A stretch of 64,000 nt of DNA from Cyanidioschyzon merolae (lineage: Eukaryota). The translations under genes and the position numbers were made by a program. A model generated the notes under the pieces. That model was given only the letters and a program-made list of their open reading frames with translations. It made no database searches and had not been told where the DNA came from. Positions 33,601 through 44,210 of this stretch are shown here, in pieces (the first letter of the stretch is position 1; every line of letters begins with the position of its first letter). The DNA is taken from the NCBI GenBank assembly GCA_000091205.1, contig AP006483.2. The stretch is one strand, 5' to 3'.

Positions 33601-36312
33601 TCGCCAAACTGGATAGCTTCGTCTTCGGAACGTCCACCAGTTGCTGGTCAGCAGCCGCTACATCCACGCGTTCCCGAGACAGCCGATATCGGACTGCCGG
33701 ATAGCAGTTCCGGTCGAAGTCGTTACACGCAACGTCGCCAACTGCTTTCCCAGCGTGTTCGCTTCCAGTTGACGCTCATCGAGCCCGCTGTCTGGATTCG
33801 CTCCGAACAGGGACGGGATGCGGTGCGTCTGTCAGCCAACCAGGGCATTCTGGATGTCGTGGAGGGCGTCTGTCACCGCGGTGCCCAGGACCTGGGTACC
33901 GAAATCGATTATCGAGTCTGTTTACGCGGTGTGAATATCACCGTCGAGGGCCAGGAACTGTCGCATCCAGCGGAATCGGCACCTATCTTTCTCTACTATA
34001 TTCATCCGGTACCAGCGGAGGACTTGCGGGCTCGCCACGTGGAGGTAGTGGTACCGGCTCTGCACCTGGCGGCCACCGCTCCCGAGTTCCACACGCTTTT
34101 CCGCATTGTACGCGAAGTTCTTCTGAGCAAAGGTAGCCAGGCGTTGCGCGTAAGTCGCATTCTCAAGCCGCTCCGTCAACGCGCTGTGGTCTTCGAGGAT
34201 GCCGACTTTGTGATTGAGCGAGCGCTGACGCTTCGCGCCTTGCTCCAGGATGTGGATCTCTTACTGCTTCATGGCGGTGAGGAGAGTCTCGCCTCTCTCT
34301 GGACGCAGCTGGATAGCAGCAGCGGTAGTACAATGCCACCAGAGAGCCGGCGCGGCAAGATATCCACGGAGGTCGGCAGCACAGGCGCTTCAACCGGTGA
34401 ACGTCTCCTCTGGACGGCAAGTGGCGGTTTGCGCATAACCGGACGAGCAAGTGCTGGTGCTACTGCTGACGCTGCTCTCCGCGAGTCCGAGGAAGGCGCT
34501 GCATCGCGTCCGACGGCACTGAGCGTTGCGACAAGCGCCGGCACTGCCGCCCCACAACCCGTATCCAAGTTACCGACATCCGAACAAGCGTTTGCGTTCC
34601 GTTGGTGGCTTGCTGCACAAGCCCGGGCCTGGCAAGTACTGCTTGTGGATGCATTACGTGGACGCATCCATTATGATGATCGGTCTACAGCGCTGGCAGA
34701 TGAACTCGAGGATCTCGACATCATTCTGGAAGTGGCGCGGGTGCGCTGGTCTCTGCTGCTAAGTCGCCGGCGAGCGTTCCTAGAAGTGAGCATTCGGCGC
34801 ATCTATGGGTTGCAGCGGCGCTATATGAGTGGACGTGAGCTCAACGACTATGGCATTACGGATCTGGTGGTGCAGAATCGCTCACGAGACCTCGACTTGG
34901 GCTGCGTTATTCGTGGTGACTCGTTTCGCTATGTTTCGGTCTCTGAAGGCGTCATTGGTGGGATTATGCGATATTCGCGGTTGACACTGGACATGGCAAA
35001 GACGCTGCATATTCGCCTCTACGGTGTACTGGTGGATCGTCTCAATGAGTACTTTTTCGGGGTGGCTACGAGCACGAATGCTACCGCTGCTGCATCCGCC
35101 GCACAGGCGACAGTGCCCGCTGCGAGCACCGTAGCGGCACCAGTGCAGCCTCTGTCTGAGACGTCGTCTCTTCCGGGAATGTCGCCTGCAGTCGCAGATG
35201 GCAGGAGGTCGAGCGTATCCAGCATTCTTGCCGGGCAACCTGAGACGAGATCAGCGCACGAGCCGCTGCACGAGGCCCGCGAGGGCTCACTGAACGCGAG
35301 CACTCGACGCAGTCCGTCGCGTTCCGCTGACAACGAAACGCTTGCCCCGACAAGTGGTGGTGGTGGTGGTGCTCACGCTCACGCCACTGCTGGTACTGCT
35401 GGTGCTCTGGCAAGCGTTGGAACTGCACTCGGGCATGATGCCGCCACCTCAGCGTCACCGCCGCAAGCCTCGTTTGGTGCACCGCCTGTGGATGCTGCGC
35501 TTACGGGTACTCCTGGCTATCCCGCTGACCCTTCATCGACGCTATTTTTGCTGCCGCTGGAGGAGAGCGCTCAACGCTACGCCTCCGCCAGCGAGTCGCG
35601 GAGCAGTGCGCGTCCGGGTCGTGGCATCACCGCAACAGGAGCGACCAACACCTCTATAACGCCCGTTCAGATCGACTATGCGTACTTATCCTCATTGGAG
35701 ATCATTGGCTCGTACCACAGCGGCACCGGGAAGGAGCACAGTTTTCTCGATTTCGACGATCTCTGTGTGCTGGTGCCGTCGCTCATGTACCAGGCAGTGA
35801 CAGGTTCGTGGCAAGGTTTTATCGAAATGGTGCGTCGAGACTTTGCCTCAGCTTTTGTTCGCGACGCAATCGGGCAGCTGAGCAAGCGCAAGTTTCTCGG
35901 GTTCCTGCGACGGCCTTTTCGAAGTATATCTACGATCGATGATGGGCGCTCTGCAGGCGAACCAGGCAGCCAGGTGGCGGTACTGGCGTCGCCAGCAGCC
36001 ACAGAAGCAGCCATCCGCCGACGTCGACAACGGGGACGCACGCCAATTGTACAGGCCGTGGAACAGGCTTCCGCAGCAGCAGCAGTACGAAGCACAGCTC
36101 GTGAGCATCTCAGTGAGCTGGTACTTTTCGGTAGTTTACGGCTTGTACGCAGGGCGCTGATGCGTGATCCCCCGGCACGAAGCGCTGCGATGAATCCGGA
36201 GCAGGCGTCAGAGCCACTGAGGCACGAGGATGCAGAGGACAACAACGAAGACGACGGCGACGAAGAAGAAGAAGATGATGATGATGACGAACCGTTAGCT
36301 TTGCCAGCCTAG
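27655..36312 (+). CDS. Giant (2885 aa) FMP27/SABRE/KIP/Hobbit-family bridge-like lipid-transfer protein (BLTP2-like), with an N-terminal transmembrane anchor and an acidic C-terminal tail
   Basis: An 8.66 kb uninterrupted ORF. A hydrophobic helix (LGIALLSSWLLLLFIGEFLASLV) sits near the N-terminus, as in Hobbit/SABRE/Fmp27. The segment GFQGFAGAGKDPSPLLNWWNQLRLLIHGRWRL resembles the family GFWDK-box (GFWDKlRL..HG; SABRE-type ..WWDdmR..iHG). Length and mixed beta-rich/low-complexity composition fit the RBG-repeat lipid-transfer family. Contains poly-Q (RQQQQQQQEQRQR), poly-A/S/T linkers and the tail EDNNEDDGDEEEEDDDDDE. Confidence 0.55.
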   Translation: MPVYRPLFRCALSVFLCRNSYRTLGRAVGFWRANGTSWLLRGSRLGIALLSSWLLLLFIGEFLASLVELSVDVLTRIGVDARRSTESEAPPRPSQHALGAAFLARAARIVRLTAPFGLVQKFRLAFGTRLVLCWGTKPSHPWAEQGKRELRPAAVDPGALLGQGVARPRASNTPLDWVPHLQCCHDLLPEPERRCPMKRCFGIGVYVPALELVYGASAAETSATSNASESSADPVVVTIRVEQLYVPVSALVILLGRYLYGRLQRHHRGASSFGRRETHPSSFCRVWKQRLEHALVKMLYGILSGIRAAQVATVLVSASSPDQGVFTLQRLECELDRNTPAVQFHGRYGLYAKPKRSGAEDHQESFARAFLRALRGTQSEQQYAGIGVFGCVHLCRSLEERNTRCHQNAAIIAWYETPGQLGCGAALLGSTHGVYRSRPPGRDADKESIDSPPHSSVAIATPPTSARRNADLQFEMAGIGLELSFELLVELAQRYTQQWLRRQARKTEQNRVGRSRSDSGAKLLQKLSHLAISLHLRNVKLDFISKRDEVRLEASELELFLDQSKAGASAVGAFMVPEARPFAKSLHIRLDQAAVQLFHRLVTPSITTKDDGALNATLTTVLRCGMIFGSLEEAVLERVELQVAQHPLLVIAQLAVVQTLRQVQVQRPRLDWCPDAQDGLEAIWHRWRTLLPQLDEHLQRKSQKRSELAPTRIPEDSISLWQLSVVGEASAWGRFPHGNNSGMVFDALQMPLQRQPWRIRVERLSWFVDDRCMGHAAQTSFCVHWGKEKRLIEAHTALLRFQMPYGFRFLQQYNLFLAHLRLYFRYRKTFGRHTGTRSARAAPGTATWSGTRKSIFPDVDIRADEAEFVLRDHELEHWFNERFLVMVDEAQERVLRERLAHSMLEANRPRQQEILADELEHQHATLYVRRMQQWQQQRLELERAAALHQQVVAPWMPDAAFQQLFVARAMNVRFRLIRSRLSRAEENREAAAFAARMDATFGEGAVSSQANTETAWSSRSKQASETAPSDEPAKPEAGKGCTRIAGEAELVHRSAAASSSGAPTMSTYSTASAAVAPGAVQPPPSPPPPSTQREHLLDPNQWYTLGRRRLVIDIDGELVVHLRHFPFPVVQLEKGLRLRGTVALGELHVCEPFAAERDLQLSQSCWVRYRRAISPNRWYCDWDLMSGGRFRLNWSRALISTLKDMMDGFQGFAGAGKDPSPLLNWWNQLRLLIHGRWRLHCPEGFQIVLLSSAPYNPEYDERIECCLTGPRTGLCIDRRLGTVELEADAWKLLFHVATSSNQGAPLHAPSRLCGAEPIHLLFRVDAEPALGVPVSAYPHPLGYPRGVQGPGERLPPAVPSTLVPLTAAYQGSCARLAARENVTLGTLPASDASSDAAGARCFTDSKQLIMEPDAETVTPSHTRESAGVHADSTLADTDTKTSEHASSTASIRREPYAVWYTPLADYPQHDTYRSFRARALHLSLQCKLSWSSSVASGEHDAQGAQLTTYALASMLFRVLELAGVNRLLGQSPYAFRPVSRKVGLIRSGKRRYGVRFGELVSSFSLSASVPKPWALRCYDALRPTEHFTVRAGPVMATLCWCRPTGSAFESIRGRAFEQNIRVSADWLRIDLNRGLLLLQTGRIHYERALEVEKMQGLLLPSTLDTLRIWPDSFAAVFATAKKVSQRTLLAGSDALHALFPGSNLGKGAAGAAATAPATRVAKPERTLVGSLRDQHAAEAAQSVAGTASGAVNTGAGTSGSGLWNSALSAPKSTQSQQHELGNRARRLANALGMSLSMQRKPETDVLDLRDLLLQEHLEQVKRQQQQQQQQEQRQRTRSGSAADAAARFMSTRGTPARERASDASLQPRSTAIATLDADTSGAASTTAASSRQRRAQSLEAPPLWHQRGTWTKPGHQGALPQSLTSERLSATRRRPDEASRAWEQSRTSERRSETTLHAGETTQVPEPLPQTTEAGAHEANLTSPNWIASSSERPPVAGQQPLHPRVPETADIGLPDSSSGRSRYTQRRQLLSQRVRFQLTLIEPAVWIRSEQGRDAVRLSANQGILDVVEGVCHRGAQDLGTEIDYRVCLRGVNITVEGQELSHPAESAPIFLYYIHPVPAEDLRARHVEVVVPALHLAATAPEFHTLFRIVREVLLSKGSQALRVSRILKPLRQRAVVFEDADFVIERALTLRALLQDVDLLLLHGGEESLASLWTQLDSSSGSTMPPESRRGKISTEVGSTGASTGERLLWTASGGLRITGRASAGATADAALRESEEGAASRPTALSVATSAGTAAPQPVSKLPTSEQAFAFRWWLAAQARAWQVLLVDALRGRIHYDDRSTALADELEDLDIILEVARVRWSLLLSRRRAFLEVSIRRIYGLQRRYMSGRELNDYGITDLVVQNRSRDLDLGCVIRGDSFRYVSVSEGVIGGIMRYSRLTLDMAKTLHIRLYGVLVDRLNEYFFGVATSTNATAAASAAQATVPAASTVAAPVQPLSETSSLPGMSPAVADGRRSSVSSILAGQPETRSAHEPLHEAREGSLNASTRRSPSRSADNETLAPTSGGGGGAHAHATAGTAGALASVGTALGHDAATSASPPQASFGAPPVDAALTGTPGYPADPSSTLFLLPLEESAQRYASASESRSSARPGRGITATGATNTSITPVQIDYAYLSSLEIIGSYHSGTGKEHSFLDFDDLCVLVPSLMYQAVTGSWQGFIEMVRRDFASAFVRDAIGQLSKRKFLGFLRRPFRSISTIDDGRSAGEPGSQVAVLASPAATEAAIRRRRQRGRTPIVQAVEQASAAAAVRSTAREHLSELVLFGSLRLVRRALMRDPPARSAAMNPEQASEPLRHEDAEDNNEDDGDEEEEDDDDDEPLALPA

Positions 36313-39300
36313 AGCGACGCACCGCGAGGACAAAGACGATCATGATGATGAAGAAGAAACGGGATCAGAAACGGAAGCACCGGTAGATACGCTGGGCTGC
36401 TCGCGCATACGCCACAGATGACGATGAGCATCCTTTTGTACATGGTCATGATGATGCATCGTCGGCTTTGCCGGACCCAGATCGATACTCAGAAAAACGA
36501 ATCCTGGACTACCTGTACCAGTAAATCTTTTTTGTTCTTGTTTGTTGTGCTGCAGGCATTCGAAAACGAAATGCAACCTCTAGAATAGAGGAAGGCCGCG
36601 GAACGGCTTGTGTTGTGATTGCGAGCTGGAGGGAAAGCTGTCTCAGTTGCACAATGCTGTGGTTCAACGGTCAGCAGGTGGATGCATCGCCTTTCTCGTC
36701 GTCCATGAGCTGAAGATCGGGCAACGAAAACAGCGCTCATGAACAGCTATCGTCGCGACTGCTCTCTCGTCGGTGCGTGCCACTCCATACGTTCTCCAAG
36801 CACTACGTTCAGAGATATCACAGGGTGTCACGTTTCCATACAGCCGATACGAAGGGTCAAGAAAGAGATGCGGAGAGGCGAAGAAACGAAACGGCATCCA
36901 GTGGAGAGCGTCACGCGCTGATGAACGCACCCCATTGATTTCGAGCTGAGACGTGAACGCCTAGAACAGGAGCTAAAGGTGTTCGTCGCACATGAAGAGC
37001 ATTCGTTCATTCGAAAGATACGGTAGATCTGCATTTGGGCACTCAAACTGCAACAAACCGTTGTTCGTCAAGAACAGTCAAGCGAGCTTTCCGGCAAGAT
37101 TCGTCCTAGCGACGATTTCATTGTGTGGTCATCTTCAAATCGGTAGACGAGCCGGGTGCTTCGGCACCCGGTCCATCGTCGAAGCCATTCACTGCTTCCA
37201 CCTTTCATGCTCTACTGGTCTGCTCCAAGATAAAGTCGCTCTCCATCAGGCGAAAGCGGCCAAGTAGTACGCATACGAGATTGGCATTCAGTCGATCTTG
37301 GTGCTATCCCATGCTCCGTCATCCGATCCAGTCGAAGGCGTCTCATCAGTTGTAAAAAGTCATTTTCACACGCACTGACTGCTTCAAGAGTCATCCTCTT
37401 TCGTGACACCTTTCTTGAAAAAAGTCGTTCTCTATTTGCACCAGCCCTGACCCGTTGTGTCGCTGCTCAGCTCGTGCACAAGCGGTAGTTGAGCGGCGCA
37501 CTTGTAATCGTTAGCGTGCTTGCAGCGGATAATGTGTTCAAGAGGTGCACGAGGCGTGGAAGATACAGATATAGATTAGGCGACGATTGGTCCAAGTGAG
37601 CCCAGGTGCGTCTGTGTTCCAAGTAAGAAGCGGATATGGAGTGTTGCGACCTCATCAATCCCATTTTGCGAAGCGACAAAGAAAGCGAAAAACGAGCTGA
37701 TAACTACGAACAAGAATACAGGATTCGGAAATCGTAGTGTGGATCATTGGAGCAGCTCGTTCAAGCTTTGTTGCTCATCACGAGAGCACGGAAAAATGCT
37801 ACGGAGCCGATAGAAACGGATGGATTGTCCCACTTTGAGCACTCTGTGATTTCTGAGAAGTCCAACAAGACGCTCAGTCGACCGCTCATGGCAGCGAACA
37901 TGCAGATCTTTGTGATGAGCGTAGACCCCGGTCTACGGAACATCATCTCTTTTGCCGTACCTATAAATGAAGAGTGCGAATCCGAAAACCGGACTAGAAA
38001 GCAGATGAAGCTGCTCAAATTTATGGGTCATGGTATTATCGAGAGTAGCGAACTGCGCACGACAGCAGACATTCTAACAGGTGGAATGACGACATCAGAA
38101 CCCATAACGAGACGCTGGGCACCACGTCGAGCAGAACAGAATACTTTCTAGGCTCTACGCAGATACTATGTGACTGTCGAGGTGGCTACTGCGAGGATCC
38201 TCGGCGGGAGTGCCCGAGACAGCGCTGGGACAGCCGACGTTTTCCGGTCTACGACGGCAAGAAGCGTGCATCGACCAACTTATTCACTCAGTTGGAAAAG
38301 CACATCACCCACGCGTCGCATCATCTACTGGTAGACTACGGCGCTGGACGTGCCGTAGACGCACAGGCTGCGCTCGTGCTCTCTCCACGAGAGCTTACCT
38401 CGAATGAAGGAGTTGCTTCTCTGTGGTTCCCGTCGACGCCTTTGGAATGACATAAACGCATCTCGAGCACGAGTGCACGGCGATGCTTGTGGAAAAAAAA
38501 GCGTGAAACGGAGACAGATGTCCAAAATGGTGAAGAGGGCGTCGACGGATCGTCGGATGTCGAGGCAGTGGACAAGATCGGCTTGTCATCGTTGCATTTC
38601 TGTAGCAGCAACGTCAGCAACCACTTTCTGCCGAGAGACTTGAACCCACTGATCAAGAGACGGGGACATATCGTGCTTCTGGAGCATCCAGCGGCTCAGT
38701 GGCGAGCAAGACTTTCAGGTAGTCGTTTATGATTCAGTTTAGGTATCGTACTGAACCAAGGATGACTTTCGATGCGAAAATCAGTGCCCAGAAGAGCGCG
38801 CATTGGATTCCCGTCAAGATCAAGGCATTGGTATAGTCCGCAATCCGCACAAGCTCGACTACAGCCTATAAACCGAGAACGAGTCTCCTGAGTAGTGCGT
38901 GAACAATAAAAGTCTTCCATTATTCAATATTACAGAGTACACACACACACACAGAAGGGCACGGTGATGCGAAGAGGTGTACGCATCCGATGGCGTGCTG
39001 CTTGGGGTGTACTATACTTTGCAAGCGCGCCCCAGTCTTCCGTGGTCATGGATCGGGGCTCATTGCACTTGGAGGATGGCAGACTAGTCCGCTGGAAACT
39101 GGGTTCCAACGGTGGCATCTGATCGATGACCAACACGCTCCAAATGGAACGCGAACTCCAGTATTACTCAGTTGTAGTAGCATCATGTGCGCTTGTGATG
39201 CGCTGCTACGAAACCGTCTTGTTGTTGAGGAGCCCGATTTCGTGCATTCCAATGACACCGTCCACAAAACATTCGTCGCGCATATCGAAACAGATTCCAG

Positions 39301-39568
39301 TCGTGTGAGAACCTTGGCCCGTCGGAACTAGCCGGCAACAACACATTCTTATAAAGACGGTGCTCTCGTTCATGTGCGCGGGATACGCGCCAGCAGCGAG
39401 CATCTCCTTCAGCCGTCGCTTGATCGGTACGACTGCTCCGCTGCTCGTCGCTGCCGAGCACGCCTTTCTCGCAAGCGTGAAGCGCAGCTCCGAGTTGCGC
39501 TGGATGCCCATCTGCAGCCGAGGCATTATGCCTGGCACACCCCTCTGCATGCGCTGTCGATCTGCATC

Positions 39569-40531
39569 CTATCGCTCTATTGCATACGATAGGGTTGATG
39601 AGACGGATTCCCCTCTTCGACCATGCTCCGGTTGCTTCACCGACACAGGTTGCTCTTTGGCTTTCGAGTTTGCCTCCGGCGATGCTGGTGCTTGTGGCAC
39701 AGTGCGAGCACGTTGGCGATCGTGCAGGTCCTGAGCCATCTGGTCGGCAAGTTCAGCTGCACTTGCTCCTAGAGTGCCGTGCTGGTTCCCCAGCCGCCGC
39801 TGCACCAAACGCTTTGCATGGTACGCAAATGACGTTCGATCCTCCTTAAAGTTCCGCGCGAGCGCCAGAAGTGCCTTATCGCCGTCGGCCGCCAAGTCTA
39901 CAAGCCGATCATACTCGGCGCTGCTCAGGGCGCTGCCACCGCCAACGCTGTACAGAATGTGCACGAGCTGTATCGCCAGATCCTGCATTTCAGCCTCTGT
40001 TCGAGGCGTCGTGACTGAGCTACCGCTCGTCTCAGGGGCAGCGCTCTTGACGCGACCTGGGACCTGGCTTGAGCGAGGTATCAGGGGCGGCGCGGACTCG
40101 AGCTTGACGCCTCTGCGCGGTATAACAGCCTCTTGAGGCGAAACCAGCGACCAAAAGAGCCAGCTCGCATCCGGGAGCGCTCGTACATCGGCGTTCGTCC
40201 GTACGGGCTCGGTGAATATAGGAGCATAAAACACGGATATCTGTTTGATGTCGTCACCACGCAAGACAACGGTGGGAAACGGGGGCGGCTGCGCTTGCGC
40301 TATTCGCTGCCTCAGCGAAGTTACGGTCATGGAGTAGAGTTTAATGGTCGCCAAGTCACCATCAGGGTACTCGATGCAGCGCAGCGGCTTCCCGAAAATA
40401 TAGGACTTGATGACGTTGAACACTATCGAAGAACCTCCGAGCAGCTTGAACGTGGCGTCAGCTTTGCCTAGTACTGCCGGAATGAGCAGTGGGGCCGGCG
40501 CCATGCGCCAGCGGCGGCCAGTGCGCTGCAC
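39569..40531 (-). CDS. Hypothetical protein (320 aa), no domain recognised
   Basis: A 963-nt ORF with coding-like composition in an otherwise AT-richer region. The N-terminal ~100 aa looks like a small beta-rich domain. The C-terminus is Ala/Gln/Arg-rich. Confidence 0.35.
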   Translation of the reverse strand: MQRTGRRWRMAPAPLLIPAVLGKADATFKLLGGSSIVFNVIKSYIFGKPLRCIEYPDGDLATIKLYSMTVTSLRQRIAQAQPPPFPTVVLRGDDIKQISVFYAPIFTEPVRTNADVRALPDASWLFWSLVSPQEAVIPRRGVKLESAPPLIPRSSQVPGRVKSAAPETSGSSVTTPRTEAEMQDLAIQLVHILYSVGGGSALSSAEYDRLVDLAADGDKALLALARNFKEDRTSFAYHAKRLVQRRLGNQHGTLGASAAELADQMAQDLHDRQRARTVPQAPASPEANSKAKEQPVSVKQPEHGRRGESVSSTLSYAIER

Positions 40532-42639
40532 TTACAGCGTCCCAGTACGGTTGCGTGACCCACCAGTGATGAGGGCGCTGTGCTCTTGCCACACGACTGT
40601 GCTGCACCCGGAGTCGCAGTACGGAGTTGGAAAAGTTGCCGCACTCGACAATGCCAGACGACTCGAAATGTTCGAAAGCGTCATGGCGATATTATGGTAC
40701 ATACATGAACATTACGCCCTCGCCTGCAATCCGCACCGCCTCCTTAAGTTGCGGATCCCATGCTCCCGCTACTGGCGGTGGAGATTCTCTGTGCGCTCGT
40801 CGCGTTCTAGGAGCATGCCTCACAATGCAGAGGCACCGCATTGCATCGAAGACACCTCGTGATAAGTCGTTGATGCGTAAAGGCTCGATGAGGCGCACAC
40901 TTTTCGATTATGCGCTGCGGAATCGTGCCAGCTTTCCAGAACGGATGCCACGAAAAGCGCTAATGAGGTGCTTTGCCCTGCAGCTCGCAGTTGGCGGTAC
41001 GTAGATCTCTGGGCTATTGCCATGGATGTGCATTCGTCTGCACACGCTGCCTCGAGGTCAAAACGATGCAGCTTCGGATCAGCATAGATGGCTCGAATGC
41101 TGTGCTCCGGGCAAGTGCCTGCCGTTTTCGGCTTCTGCCGGTGCCATGACGCAGTCGTCGTGCGGGAACACGGGCATACACTGGGAATCCCGTTCGCAGT
41201 GTCGACTGCGACGTCGCTGTCGCCGCGCACAGGATCCGCTTCGGTGGCGCGGGACGCTACTCCCCGGAAGCGCGTGTCATACAGGCTTCGGCTCTGATCC
41301 AGATCAAGGCCAAAGGTTGCTCGCAACTTTTTCAGCAAGTCCGCTGGGCGTATCATCATCGTCGTCATGGTTACCAGAAAGCAGTTGCTTTCGTCTTGCG
41401 TTCAGGAAACGGCGACGATGCCGAGCCCTGATATGTAGCCGATTCGAGAAGGCGCGGCAGTCCCGTACTTTGCATTCCGAGCAAAGCTGTTATCGAAGTG
41501 CTGCTAGTCGTCATCAGGACGTCTGAAGAGGCTCTAAACGAAGCAATGAATAGATAATCTTTTGTGAGGATGAATCTTAGACACGGGTCGCGCGATACAA
41601 GAGAGAGCGCAGCTCCACTGCAAGCGTGCGAGCCTGGTGCCCACAGCCAGACTGCTGTTCGGTTGGAGCTACCCGGCGGCGGGTTTTGCTACCGTACGCG
41701 TCGTGGAATACCGAATCTTCTACACCCGAGTCAGAATTAATGGAGGGCGTCCTCCACCACTGGCATACGCATACGAGTTTGCATGTCTTTCCATGGTCAT
41801 CAGAACTAGACTTTGCAGGATTTTTCTGCAGCTGCTTCCGTTCCGTTTCTATAGTATCCGGTTTCACATATGCCGGTCTCTGCCTCGCCTCGAGTTTCAG
41901 TGCCAGCACTCGGAGGGCGTTGGTGCCAGCGCTCAAGTCCGAATTATGCCGATTCCGGTATTTCCGAAGCATTTCATGCACGGGTGGAGATTGCGATGCT
42001 CACCTTCTTCGAAGTCAGCGTCGATGAACTCGTCGAAGCGTTGCCATTTGACTATAGTCAGTTGTTCCCGGATGTTCGTGACCACTTCTCCGCCGAGCGC
42101 CGCCTTGGAGCGCGTAAACGCATGCTTCATCACTGCGTATATGGTTCTTGACAGGTTTAGAATGCCCGCCTCGATAAGCACTCCCATTTTCGCACCACGA
42201 GCGGTCCGCGACGCTCAAGGGCATTTCCTGGGCAATGCGTCCTGTGCAGACGCTGGCCGCTGCACGCCCAGGTGCACGCTACGCATTTCGATAGAGAATC
42301 CGCGCAACGAAATGAAGTACGCGGTAAACTAAAGTAAAGGAAGGAGAACCCAGGCCCGAGATCAAGTCGAGAAATTTTGATGCTTCTAAACTTCTTTTGT
42401 GGAAGCAGTGTCGTACGCACCACTTGACGCTATCGCTGTGATGATTCAGGTCTAAATTGAAAACACTTTTGCATGCAAACAGAAGAGGCGGCTTCCTCTA
42501 GCAACGTATCTTTCGAACGGTATTATACTGGTTTCCAATGTTGTTTCATAGATGGCCACTAAGAGATGAGGATTCGTCATTCCAACGGAATCCATTAGTT
42601 TACTTTAGCCTCTCAGTGAGCTTTCGGCAGGAGCTTCTG

Positions 42640-44210
42640 AAGAAGGCGTCAAGGGACGACATCGGGCGTTTTCCATATTTAATCTACAGTCAGTGAAACT
42701 GCAAATATCCCAGGCCCATGGACGGTAAATGAATATGCACTCACAGACGCCCCGCCAGCCGTTTTCAACCGGTCGACTGCTATCGGCTCTAGTTTCTCCA
42801 TTTACACCTCGACTCTTAGAGGCTACCCCGCAAACCTCGCTTGCGTCAGCTCCTCGGGTCTCTTGTCTTCAGCGCAGCACATAGTCTGCTATTGATAGAA
42901 GCGTTGAATTCTCGGTCCACGAAGTACATGCGTGTATTGCCTCTGGTTGAACTCACTTTTGCAAGAATTCGTCGAAAACATGCCCTCCGTGCCTCTACAG
43001 CATGGTCGTCTTCATGTCGGGCATACACCTTTTCTCCTCCATCCCCCTCTTCTTTTTCTTCGTCACTTACTTTTCTCTGCTCAATCGTCGGCGCCAAGAT
43101 GATTCGTTTCGCTTTTTTCCGGGAGCCGGCAACGGCGGGACCCTTAGACCTCGCTTGCATCTGCAGACCTTTCTGTCGGATTTTGTATTTCTTCAACTGA
43201 ACGTAATTCTCTATGCCTTTAGGTGAGGAAGTTAACGAAGGTAGAAGCACTTGCACCAGAAGACGGCGTGTGCCCGGTGTCACCGTACTGAAACCTTCCC
43301 TTATTCGCCACAAATGCAGTCATAAAGTTTAACGATAGAAAGCTCTCCTTCGATGGGGTTCAACCAAGGAGTGCCCGGAGGAATGAGAACCAAATCTATC
43401 CCCCACAGAATCGGTAAAAGCTCGGGCGCAAGGAGAATGGTGAAAAGCCACGGTGTTCAACAGAAGGGCATCACCAAACGTCATGGGAAAGTCTTCAATG
43501 ATTCGACAAGGTGGTTGGTGCTATTGGATAAGCCTTCTCTACGAGCGAAACTGAGGCCACCAAATGAATCCCCTGCGGCTAGAAGAGATGATATCCTTGT
43601 TCTCCTCGGGTTTGATCATATGTAAAACAGGCGCGCTCTCCGCGAGTACCCATATACGTTGTGATTGTTCCGTCCGAATGACGTCTCATCGACTGAAAAA
43701 ACCAACCGAGGAACCTGTGCTTCATACTGATCGCTGAATTTCAGGAACGTTGCAGGTGCGACTTCGATGGAGAATGGCCGTGAATGAACTAGGCTTTTTT
43801 GTTCTACTTTATTCCAATTTTTTCAGGACCATATGATCAATCTTGTGAGAATTAGAGACGCCGATAGCACCTTCTATCGTCGCTTTTGCTTTCCCTAGAA
43901 GATGATCTACTGGTTATTCTCTACCATTGACCGCAAATACGCTTCAAGAATACCAGTTTTTGTAATGGGGCACATGGACCTTACTCTTTCAGTGCTCCTC
44001 AATTAGCTGAGTACTGTGGTATGAATGACATGAAGGAGGAATGCAGTCCTCCTTGCACTGTTCAGTAAAGGATACATACCCTAGAAGTAACTCGTCTACG
44101 ATCTATCGGGTAGATTGGATCGTGATGTCGATCTCCTGTTATAAACTGCGAAAAAACATTCGATGACTCGCAGCGGAGATGAAATAATGAGTTGAAAACC
44201 TATAATCTGA
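42640..44210 (-). mobile_element. ~1.5 kb composite dispersed repeat with a Tc1/mariner-type transposase pseudogene (copy 2)
   Basis: DNA co-linear with 4650-6120 over its full length. The minus-strand reading around 43345-43390 gives DLVLIPPGTPWLNPIE, the Tc1/mariner LPPYSPDLNPIE box. The left flank encodes VSSTRGNTRMYFVDREFNA, paralleling LSSTTGNKRTDFVHPDFNA in copy 1. Same orientation as copy 1, ~38 kb away. Confidence 0.65.
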
